A stretch of DNA of 35,011 bases from Acidimicrobiia bacterium (GTDB lineage: Bacteria > Actinomycetota > Acidimicrobiia > Spongiisociales > UBA11373), in the NCBI GenBank assembly GCA_040878325.1, contig JBBDMM010000006.1, positions 1-35,011 of the forward strand, read 5' to 3'. Position 1 is the stretch's first letter; each line of letters opens with the position of its first letter. Positions 1 to 7,304 of this stretch are shown piece after piece. The translations under genes were made by a program, and so were the position numbers. The notes beneath the pieces were generated by a model. The model made no database searches. It was not told the origin of the DNA and saw only the letters and a list, made by a program, of their open reading frames with translations.

Positions 1-137
1 ATGGGCCCTCGGGGGCCCATCCACCGCGTTTGGGCGAGGAGAACCGCCCCCGGAGGGTGCTCGGGTGCCGGGGTATATACTCCGGGCCGCCTCCCGGCTG
101 GAGATGGAGGTGTCGGGTGTATCCTCGCCCGACGCCG

Positions 138-210
138 GCCCCCATCGTCCAGTGGCCTAGGACGCCGGCCTTTCAAGCCGGCAACACGGGTTCGAATCCC
201 GTTGGGGGCA
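138..210 (+). tRNA. tRNA-Glu (TTC)
   Basis: GCCCCCA/TGGGGGC acceptor stem, anticodon arm CCGGC-CTTTCAA-GCCGG, T-loop GGTTCGAATCC; CCA not encoded. Confidence 0.97.
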
Positions 211-214
211 CGCT

Positions 215-292
215 GGGGGCGTGGTGAAGCCTGGAGTTCACGCCGGCCTGTCAAGCCGGAGATCGCGGGTTCAAATCCCGTCGTCCCCGCCA
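215..292 (+). tRNA. tRNA-Asp (GTC)
   Basis: GGGGGCG/CGTCCCC acceptor stem, anticodon arm CCGGC-CTGTCAA-GCCGG, GGTTCAAATCC, encoded CCA. Confidence 0.97.
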
Positions 293-307
293 GTCCAATT
301 CGGACGC

Positions 308-380
308 GGTCAGGTAGCTCAGTTGGTAGAGCGCTGGTCTGAAAAACCAGAGGTCGCCAGTTCGATCCTGGCCCTGACCA
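308..380 (+). tRNA. tRNA-Phe (GAA)
   Basis: GGTCAGG/CCTGACC acceptor stem, D-arm TAGCTCAGTTGGTAGAGC, anticodon arm CTGGT-CTGAAAA-ACCAG, T-loop GTTCGATC. Confidence 0.97.
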
Positions 381-387
381 CAGAAGC

Positions 388-416
388 GGGGGGGGGGGGG
401 GGGGGGNNNNNNNNNN
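388..416. other. Scaffold gap (10 N) preceded by poly-G run; probable sequencing/assembly artefact
   Basis: 19 G followed by 10 N (407-416). Confidence 0.9.
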
Positions 417-471
417 AGCGGCCGCCTTTGGCGGCCGCCCGCTACCCGCCACCCGCTACCCGCAAGAGCGT

Positions 472-530
472 CCTCCCCCGGCCTCCGGGGGAGGTGGCTG
501 CCGGGCGAGAAGCCCGGCAGACGAAGGGGG
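472..530. repeat. REP-like double hairpin
   Basis: CCTCCCCCGG-cct-CCGGGGGAGG followed by CTGCCGGGC-gagaa-GCCCGGCAG. Confidence 0.6.
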
Positions 531-610
531 CAGCGGACACCGCGAGCACTCCAACCACGGTGCCTCTTCAAAGTCACGGACTGCCCGCGTGAACCTCTAG
601 CCAACGTCTG
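518..610 (-). ncRNA. Candidate structured non-coding RNA, family unknown
   Basis: Nested stems 518-523/605-610, 528-533/581-586, 536-545/555-564; three A-C mismatches on + become G-U pairs on -. Confidence 0.35.
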
Positions 611-644
611 TCGTTACTCTCGCTGGACCCCTTGGGAGGCGACG

Positions 645-2012
645 GTGCGAAGAATTGCGGTCCTGGCGTTGGCGGTGCTCATCGCCGGGTGCGCTGGTGC
701 GACGGGCGTTACGACGACCTCGCCGGCGACGACCTCCACCACTTTGGCGCCGACGAGTTCGACCAGCACGCTCCCCGAGGGCCTGGTGATTCCTCCCCAA
801 TGTGAGGGCCGGACGATCACCACCACTCCTCCGGTGGAGCCCACGTCCACGACGATCGCTCCCGAGGAGCTGACGACGGCGAGCCAGCTGTTGGTCCTCG
901 AGTCATTCGATCGGGTTTTCCGGGACACCTACTTCGACCCAGACCTTGGAGGCATCGACTGGGACGCCGCCATTGCAAGTCTGCGCGCCGAGATCGACGC
1001 CGGCATGAGCACCGCGGTCCTCTACGAGCGGCTCGACGGGTTGGTGGAGTCGCTGGGCGATGAGCACTCGCGCTTCGAGACCCCGGCCCAGGTGGCCGAG
1101 TCCGACGAGATCTTCGCCGGCGACAACGACTACGAGGGGATCGGGATCGTGGCGACCGCCGTCCCCGAAGACCAGCTCATCACGATCATCACCGTGTTCC
1201 CGGGGTCACCCGCCGACCTCGCCGGCATCGAGTCGCACGACAGCATCCTGGCTGTCGATGGGGTCGCACTGGGCGACGAACCGGGGCAGCAGTCGGGCCG
1301 GCTACGCGGGCCTGAGTGCAGCCTGGTCACCATGACGGTTCGCACTCCCGGGGAACCCGACCGCTCGGTGTCGGCGGTGCGCGCCCGCGTCACGGGCAAC
1401 ATTCCGATCGAAGCGATGCTCATCCCCGACGCTGCGGGCCGCCGCGTCGGCTTCATGATGATCCCGACGTTCGCCGACAACACCATCGACGACCAGGTCC
1501 GCGACACTCTCGAGGAGTGGGGGCCCCTGGACGGGCTGATCATCGACCTACGAGTCAATGGCGGGGGCTCGAGCGTCGTCGCGGAGCCCATCATGTCGCT
1601 GTTCGTCTCGGGCCTCATTGGGGAATACTCCAGCCGGGACGACACCCGCCAGCTTTCGATAGACGCCGATCCGATCCACAACTCCGCCACCGTTCCCCTT
1701 GCCGTCCTGATCGGCGAGCACACCGAGAGCTACGGCGAGATCATTTCGGGCATCCTTGGCTCCAGGGACCGCACCGTCTTGATCGGATCCACCACTACCG
1801 GGAACGTCGAGACCCTGCATGGGTTCTCGCTCCCCGGAGGTTCGAAGCTGTGGATTGCCGCCGAGGTCTTCCGGCTCTTGGCCGACCCCGATGCCGACTG
1901 GGAACGCGATGGCATCAGCCCCGACATCGAGATCCCGGCGGATTGGGAGGATTTCACGTTCGAGACCGACCCAGCCCTCGACGCCGCCCTCACGGCGCTC
2001 GCTGCAGCCTGA
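645..2012 (+). CDS. S41 family peptidase (C-terminal protease-like, PDZ), lipoprotein
   Basis: Lipobox LIAGC, Thr/Pro-rich linker, LGDEHS, PDZ (GIGI...PGSPA), DLRVNGGG, TESYGE, GISPDI; SD GGGAGG. Confidence 0.9.
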   Translation: MRRIAVLALAVLIAGCAGATGVTTTSPATTSTTLAPTSSTSTLPEGLVIPPQCEGRTITTTPPVEPTSTTIAPEELTTASQLLVLESFDRVFRDTYFDPDLGGIDWDAAIASLRAEIDAGMSTAVLYERLDGLVESLGDEHSRFETPAQVAESDEIFAGDNDYEGIGIVATAVPEDQLITIITVFPGSPADLAGIESHDSILAVDGVALGDEPGQQSGRLRGPECSLVTMTVRTPGEPDRSVSAVRARVTGNIPIEAMLIPDAAGRRVGFMMIPTFADNTIDDQVRDTLEEWGPLDGLIIDLRVNGGGSSVVAEPIMSLFVSGLIGEYSSRDDTRQLSIDADPIHNSATVPLAVLIGEHTESYGEIISGILGSRDRTVLIGSTTTGNVETLHGFSLPGGSKLWIAAEVFRLLADPDADWERDGISPDIEIPADWEDFTFETDPALDAALTALAAA

Positions 2013-2018
2013 CCCCGC

Positions 2019-2627
2019 TCACCCCGGATCCGACGGGCTCTCGATCTGAACGAGATCCGTCCCGTGCGAGTGGTGGTGGAGTCGTTCATGGCGCGCCTCG
2101 GCCTCCGCGGCCGCCGCCCGCGTCTGGGCGACGACAGCGGGGAGCACGGTGAGGATGGCCACGGTGCAAAGCACTCCGATGACAATCAGCCCGAGGAAAG
2201 GAATGGCCTCCCAGCCAAGCGTTCGGGAATACTCAAAGATGGTCGGCGACATCGCCGCGGCGTGACCCAGCGCGGCGGCGGCGGCCGCGAGGTCGATCGC
2301 CACGTGAAGCCCGCTCGGCGGGCTCTCGATCTGCCCGAAGCAGCCGCACGATGTCTCGCCCCGACGAATCAATGCCATCACAACCGCGGCGAACGCCAGG
2401 TAAGCGATACCCACCGCGATCGCAGGAACCGGGCCGGGTGCGGACAAGCCGGCGGCTCCAACCGCTATCTCGGCCGACCCGATGAGCCTGCCGATCCACC
2501 GGGGCACTCTCATGCCGAGTGTCTGCACCGCGCCCGCCACCCCGGCGGGTTGCACGACCTTGAAGGCGCCCGACACGATCAACACCCCGCAGGCGATGCC
2601 GAAGGCCCCGATGAAGGTTGCAGTCAC
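2019..2627 (-). CDS. MauE/DoxX-family redox-associated membrane protein
   Basis: Several TM helices, SGAFK motif, EIAVG, SCGCFG motif typical of MauE; leaderless GTG start. Confidence 0.85.
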   Translation of the reverse strand: MTATFIGAFGIACGVLIVSGAFKVVQPAGVAGAVQTLGMRVPRWIGRLIGSAEIAVGAAGLSAPGPVPAIAVGIAYLAFAAVVMALIRRGETSCGCFGQIESPPSGLHVAIDLAAAAAALGHAAAMSPTIFEYSRTLGWEAIPFLGLIVIGVLCTVAILTVLPAVVAQTRAAAAEAEARHERLHHHSHGTDLVQIESPSDPG

Positions 2628-2654
2628 GAAACGAGGGTACGTCCCGCCCGGCCG

Positions 2655-3419
2655 CTAGCGGGGCCGCAACCGCAGCTTCGACTGCGGGTGCACCCACCCC
2701 TCCATCTCCTCGGCCGCGAACCCTCGCTCTCCGGCCAGCCGCACCAGCATCTCGAGCGGATAGAAGTAGTCCTCTCGTAGCGTGCCCCAGTAGCGGCCGT
2801 CGGCGCTCTTGTTGTACGTGAGGTCGAAGAACCCGTCTTCTCGAATCACCCGGCGAACGCCCTTCAGTGCCGCCTCCACGATCTCGATCGGTGTGTGAGA
2901 GAAGACGCTGTGAGCATGGACGACGTCGAAGTGGCCGTCGGGGAGGGCCTTGAAGGACATGTCGTTGACGATCATCAGGTAAGGGCGCTTGGCCACGAGC
3001 CCCTGCTCCGCCAGGGTGTCCTGAGCGGCGAGAAGGATCTCGGGTGATATGTCGACCCCGGTGTAGGCGCCCTCCCCGAGGAACTCGATGAAGCGCCAGC
3101 CGGCACGAAGATTGCCGCACCCGATCTCGAGCATGCGATGGTCGGGACGCAATCCGCGGTCGCGAAGGTAGATGAACTGCCGATTGCCCAGCTCGAGCCA
3201 CGCCTCGCGATCCTCGGTGCCGACCGCGCCATCGGGCGACTTGCGCACCACGTCGTCGGCCATCACCCGGCGGTAGAAGGAGATGTGATCGCCACCGGCC
3301 GACTGCGAGATTCTGCGGTTCCGGCGGACGCGCACCAGGTACCGCCAGGCGGCCTTCGGATTCTTGATCCCTTTCCCCACCTTGCCGATGAGGCTGGTCG
3401 GCTTCTTCTGTTCCGGCAC
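2655..3419 (-). CDS. Class I SAM-dependent methyltransferase
   Basis: LEIGCG motif I, YTGVDIS, FDVVHAHSVFSH; start placed at GTG 3419, 6 nt after a TACCCT -10. Confidence 0.88.
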   Translation of the reverse strand: MPEQKKPTSLIGKVGKGIKNPKAAWRYLVRVRRNRRISQSAGGDHISFYRRVMADDVVRKSPDGAVGTEDREAWLELGNRQFIYLRDRGLRPDHRMLEIGCGNLRAGWRFIEFLGEGAYTGVDISPEILLAAQDTLAEQGLVAKRPYLMIVNDMSFKALPDGHFDVVHAHSVFSHTPIEIVEAALKGVRRVIREDGFFDLTYNKSADGRYWGTLREDYFYPLEMLVRLAGERGFAAEEMEGWVHPQSKLRLRPR

Positions 3420-3464
3420 CCGGTCAGGGTACCGAAGGCGACCTGTCGCGAGCACCCTCGGGAC

Positions 3465-3923
3465 TCAGGCGGGGGTCACCTCGAGCGAGTCGAGCAGGGC
3501 GGCGAGGAGCGGAACGGACCGTGACCGCAACCGATGGGCGCCAACGACTGCGTAGAGACTGAATGCTCGATCCCCCACATGGAAGAAGTGCTGTGTGCCC
3601 GTCTGGCCGGAGGCGGGGCCCATCACGGCATCCTGGCTCAGGCTCTCGGAATCGATCTTCGGCACCCCCGACGCTGCAAAGAGACGCTTGCCCGCGGCGT
3701 CGGACCCGTATTCGATCACGGCCAGGAACACATCCATCAAGCGCATGTTCTGCACCATCTCATGCCCGAAGTCGGACCGTTCACGCGGGAGCCAGAAGTT
3801 CGCCGCATGAACGATCGCCGGAGCATCGGCCGAGTAGCGACCCGTCTCGTCCGGCCGGCTGAAGATCTCGACGTCGAAGCCCACCGGAGCCTCGATCGTG
3901 ATACCGAGGTTGCTGATCCTCAT
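3465..3923 (-). CDS. Hypothetical protein (152 aa) coupled to the Mau-like cluster
   Basis: ATG at 3923 overlaps the upstream stop (ATGA); MRISNLGITIEAPVGFDVEI...HAANF...SDFG; globular-looking sequence. Confidence 0.75.
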   Translation of the reverse strand: MRISNLGITIEAPVGFDVEIFSRPDETGRYSADAPAIVHAANFWLPRERSDFGHEMVQNMRLMDVFLAVIEYGSDAAGKRLFAASGVPKIDSESLSQDAVMGPASGQTGTQHFFHVGDRAFSLYAVVGAHRLRSRSVPLLAALLDSLEVTPA

Positions 3924-4597
3924 GGTCTGACCCAACCCAGCAACACGACGAGCGCCGCCGCGATCGGACCGACGACAGCGACCGCGTTGGCTGCGGGGCC
4001 GAGTTTCGCCATGCGCCGGAAATAGCTCCGCAGGGCGGCAGGATCCCTTATCCCGCCGACTGTGAGGAGCGCCGACGCCCTGACCAGCCCGAACCAAGCG
4101 CCCACGATCAATCCGCCGACAGGGGAGCCGCCGAGGACCACCAGGAGCCACAAGGCGTAGATCGACGCCGTCTTCACGAATGTCATCACGCCCGTACCGA
4201 GTTGGAATCCAAACCCGCCGCCATAGACCCAGGTTCGATATCGGTTCAGCCAGGTCTCGTCGACTTGCCGCTCGAGCGAGGGTACGGGCACGTGCCACAG
4301 ATCGAGGAGGGCCGACACGATCAGAACCGCGATCACGGACCAGACCGCGAAGGAGTCCGAGATGCTCCAGAGCGATGCGACTCCGGCTCCGATGACTCCG
4401 AGGGCTGCACCCATCAGCGCGCCACCAAGGGTCGAGCCGACGACGTAGTACGTCGCCGTCGTTCCCCATCGGTTCCCTCTCGTCCGCTCACCGAGCGGAT
4501 GGATGCTGGAAAGCATCGACTCTCCTCAGGGCGACCAGTGGCTACGAATGGCCGCGGTCACGGCCACCAGCGCGGCGGACACCAGGGCAGGATTCAT
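3920..4597 (-). CDS. MauF/CcdA-like multi-pass membrane protein with in-frame UGA at codon 24 (probable selenocysteine), 225 aa
   Basis: ATG 4597 overlaps the upstream stop (ATGA) with SD GAGGAAGGGGG; MNPALVSAALVAVTAAIRSHWSP-UGA-GESMLSSI continues in frame into ORF 3920..4516; RQV..W and GFQLGTG motifs, multiple TM helices. Confidence 0.75.
4483..4499 (-). promoter_or_regulatory. Candidate bacterial SECIS hairpin
   Basis: mRNA UCCGCUC-GGU-GAGCGGA; the apical GGU loop starts 33 nt after the UGA (4526-4528). Confidence 0.5.
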
Positions 4598-5325
4598 TCG
4601 CCCCCTTCCTCGACGTCTTGGGCTCGGTTCGCGAGAAGACTTGGATGGTCGGGACTGATGCCGGCGGCCGCGAGTTCTTCGTCGGCGCGGTCGAGCCGGT
4701 CGGAGGTGCTTCCGCCCCGGGTGGCCCGGTTGAGCAGCCCACCGTCGGCCGCCGCCTGCGCCATCAACGACTCGAGTTGGCGCCAGTTGGCCGCGGCGCC
4801 CTCTCCGGCGATCTGGCCGCTGGGGCCGTCGACGAGGACGAAGTAGGGAGTGATGGGCACGCCGTAGTGATCCCACGCCTCGGTCGACATCACGGTGGTC
4901 ATCCGGCGCGGTGCCTTCGCCGCGATCGCCGCCGGGCTCTCGGCCTCGGGACCCTTGGTGACGATCACCAGGTGGGTGTCCTCGCCTGGCATTGCCAGCT
5001 CTTCCCGGCCAAAGGCCTCCCAGAAGTTCGCGCAGGTCAGACAGCCGGATGAAAGGAAGGCGAGCATCGTCGTATGCCGCGCGCCCACGACGCCCACCAT
5101 TCGTTGCGAACCCTCGGGGGTGATCCCGACGATGTCGGCGGCGGCCAGGCTGTCGGTGGTTCGCCGGGGCAACGGGCGCGGCACGGCAGTCGCGTCAGCC
5201 TCGTCGAGTTCGATGCCCAGGTCGCGCAGCGCGCGGAGTATCTCGCCGTGGCTACGCAATAGACCGATCACCAGCACGGCGAGCAGCAGGACCACCACAG
5301 CCTCGACGATGACCAAGGCCGTCAC
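4594..5325 (-). CDS. MauD-like membrane-anchored thioredoxin-fold protein
   Basis: N-terminal TM then LLRSHGEIL, FLSSGCLTC (CxxC), YGVPITPYFVLVDG (cis-Pro loop); GTGA overlap with the upstream stop. Confidence 0.85.
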   Translation of the reverse strand: MTALVIVEAVVVLLLAVLVIGLLRSHGEILRALRDLGIELDEADATAVPRPLPRRTTDSLAAADIVGITPEGSQRMVGVVGARHTTMLAFLSSGCLTCANFWEAFGREELAMPGEDTHLVIVTKGPEAESPAAIAAKAPRRMTTVMSTEAWDHYGVPITPYFVLVDGPSGQIAGEGAAANWRQLESLMAQAAADGGLLNRATRGGSTSDRLDRADEELAAAGISPDHPSLLANRAQDVEEGGE

Positions 5326-6698
5326 TTGCGCGGCACTTTCCGGCCCCAAACGGCTACCAGATCGGTCGCCCTTCCGAACTCGAACACGGTGGTCTGGTCG
5401 AGCCACCAATCCCTTCGAATGTGCCAGTGCTCACCGACGACCAGGCCCGGGCCATCGATGCCGTCACCGTCCCAGTCACCCACCACCGGCCTGCCGCCAG
5501 GAATCCCGAACTCGAACCGGACATCCTCCGACCCCGGCCCGTGTGGGTTGCGCAACAGCCAGGTGTCTCCCCTCACCACCCCCAGGGTGGCGGTGCCATC
5601 GCCATTCCAGTCCCCGACAACCGGCACATCGCCTTCCCGGCCAAAGTTGATCGTGTCGTAGATGGGATTCGGGCCGAGCGACCGCCGCAGCTTCCAGACA
5701 CCGGCGCGGAACGTGCCGATCTCATCGATCCCATCCCCGTTGAAGTCGCCAACGACCGGAGTCTCTCCGTGGATCCCGAACTGGAGGATCAGGTTCGCGC
5801 CTCCCGCATTGTTCGTGTTCCGCAGGTACCAGTTCATCGGCTGTCCCGGAGTTCCACCCGAGGCGGCTTCCTTCACCACCCCAACGGTACGCCGGCGTTT
5901 GCCGTCCCAACTGCCGAAGACGGCGAGGTCGCCCACGGCACCGAATCTGAACCTTCGCACCTTGGACTTCAACCGGGGACCCTTCCGCAGCCTGATCTGA
6001 TTGCCGCGTTGCCCCGCAAACCGGGCGTGAATCGGCTCGCGCTCGTGGAGGCAGGGCCGGTCGTGGAAGGTGGTGTCGGGGGAGAACAGCACGGGTCCCG
6101 CCGCACAGTCGGGGTCCCAAATCCACGGCGGGCTGCAGGTGACATAGCGGCACACCACGGCGCCGAGGTAAGGGATGTCATCGTTGCACTGGCCGTAGCG
6201 GAAGCGGGTGCAGGCTGTCTTCCGGTGGTCGCAGCGGTCGTTGCCGCAGCCGCAGTCGAAGTCGTGGCATGCGGCGCCACAGGTTCCGTCGCTGTCGTTG
6301 ACCTTGGTGCACCCGAGCTCGCACGTGGCGTTGCAGTCGATGTAGTAGCGGGGCTGCCGAACACCCTGCACGTCGCACAGCCCGGCCCCATCGGCGCGCC
6401 ACCAGCCGCCCGGCACGGTGCCCGGCGGGCATGTGTTGCCGGTCTCCGGGTGGATGGCGCAGCAGAACTCGGTCCACCCGGAACAGCAAAGGTCTCCACA
6501 GTCGCAGTTGCCCGGCGAGAGGGTCGAACAAGTGGCGCATAACGATCGCGAGGCAACGCCATACGCGGTTCTCGGCTCGAACAGGAACCGCTGGGGCGCA
6601 ACGGCGAGCGCGGTGCCGACCATGGCGGCCCTGGACAGGAACCCCCGCCTGCTCACGCGACGAGCGGTGTAGCCGACAGACTTCTGGAGCAGACTCAC
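5322..6698 (-). CDS. Tat-exported Cys-rich protein (methylamine dehydrogenase light chain/MauA-like) fused to FG-GAP/VCBS-like repeats
   Basis: SRRGFL Tat motif; 24 Cys in the N-half with CPPGT...WW...YYIDC; C-half has 4 FG..GD.PVVGDW.GDG repeats and no Cys. Confidence 0.8.
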   Translation of the reverse strand: MSLLQKSVGYTARRVSRRGFLSRAAMVGTALAVAPQRFLFEPRTAYGVASRSLCATCSTLSPGNCDCGDLCCSGWTEFCCAIHPETGNTCPPGTVPGGWWRADGAGLCDVQGVRQPRYYIDCNATCELGCTKVNDSDGTCGAACHDFDCGCGNDRCDHRKTACTRFRYGQCNDDIPYLGAVVCRYVTCSPPWIWDPDCAAGPVLFSPDTTFHDRPCLHEREPIHARFAGQRGNQIRLRKGPRLKSKVRRFRFGAVGDLAVFGSWDGKRRRTVGVVKEAASGGTPGQPMNWYLRNTNNAGGANLILQFGIHGETPVVGDFNGDGIDEIGTFRAGVWKLRRSLGPNPIYDTINFGREGDVPVVGDWNGDGTATLGVVRGDTWLLRNPHGPGSEDVRFEFGIPGGRPVVGDWDGDGIDGPGLVVGEHWHIRRDWWLDQTTVFEFGRATDLVAVWGRKVPRK

Positions 6699-6831
6699 GC
6701 CGAGCCACCCGCAGAGGCATTTCCGCGTTCGAGAGTCATCGGTCCCGCCTGTTCCTCTCGTTGGAGTCGGTCAAACGAGGTGCGGTTCTTGAGCGCTCCT
6801 CGCCCGAGGATTCATCATGAAAGAAGAACTT

Positions 6832-6924
6832 AGGACGTGCGCGGATAGGTCGCTGGTCCCAACAACTCTCGGCTTGCGACAAGCCGAGAGTTGATCCCGG
6901 GGCGAGCCTATCCGCGTACGTCCT
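6832..6924. repeat. Long imperfect inverted repeat (stem-loop/REP-like)
   Basis: AGGACGTGCGCGGATAGG...CCTATCCGCGTACGTCCT outer arms; perfect 14-bp inner stem 6863-6876/6880-6893. Confidence 0.75.
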
Positions 6925-6953
6925 TAGAGGGTCAGCCAATGATCGAGCGACCT

Positions 6954-7304
6954 TCAAAGTGATATCGGTCGGATCCGGTCGGCCTCGTCAAGGCGCTGGT
7001 TGATCGACGCGATCGCCCGGTTCAGCTCGTCGACCCGTCGCGATGCCGCCTCGGCGTCGACGGCAGCCCTGAGCAGTGGCGTCTCGCGTCGAACGACCCG
7101 CTGCAGGTCCGCTGCCTCGTCTTCGAGCCTGCTTCGCTCGACCCACCGCTTTGCCCACCATGCGGCCTCGTAGGGGCGATCAAGGTCGGGAATGGGCTTG
7201 CCGGCACCAGGAAGCGCCTCGAATTCGCCCCGATCGATCGCTTCGCGGATCTTGCGCTCGACCGGGTCGACATACGGCGCGTCAGGTGGCGGCTCAGTTG
7301 GCAT
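6954..7304 (-). CDS. DUF1992 domain protein
   Basis: VERKIREAIDRGEFEALPGAGKPIPDL motif; ATG at 7304. Confidence 0.85.
   Translation of the reverse strand: MPTEPPPDAPYVDPVERKIREAIDRGEFEALPGAGKPIPDLDRPYEAAWWAKRWVERSRLEDEAADLQRVVRRETPLLRAAVDAEAASRRVDELNRAIASINQRLDEADRIRPISL

Noticed and set aside
388..416. Poly-G run as a G-quadruplex or phase-variable tract
   Set aside because: It abuts an N gap and is typical of two-colour sequencing artefacts; the same applies to 31666-31738
555..585. CTTCAAA (566-572), resembling a tRNA-Sec anticodon loop
   Set aside because: The flanks do not form an anticodon stem, and there is no T-loop or acceptor stem; selC is not in this window
1..604. ORFs overlapping the tRNA cluster
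   Set aside because: They are translations of tRNA genes, hairpins and the gap
518..610. Cobalamin or guanidine-I riboswitch (GCTGCCCCC and GGCTAG.GGTTC fragments on the minus strand)
   Set aside because: The other conserved core motifs are absent and there is no downstream gene on that strand
138..640. Integrative element at the tRNA cluster
   Set aside because: No integrase and no duplicated tRNA 3' end seen; the gap at 407-416 limits certainty
4526..4876. ORF 4526..4876 as an independent 116-aa gene
   Set aside because: Only its last 23 codons (from ATG 4597) look coding, and they form the N-terminus of the read-through gene; the rest overlaps the thioredoxin in another frame
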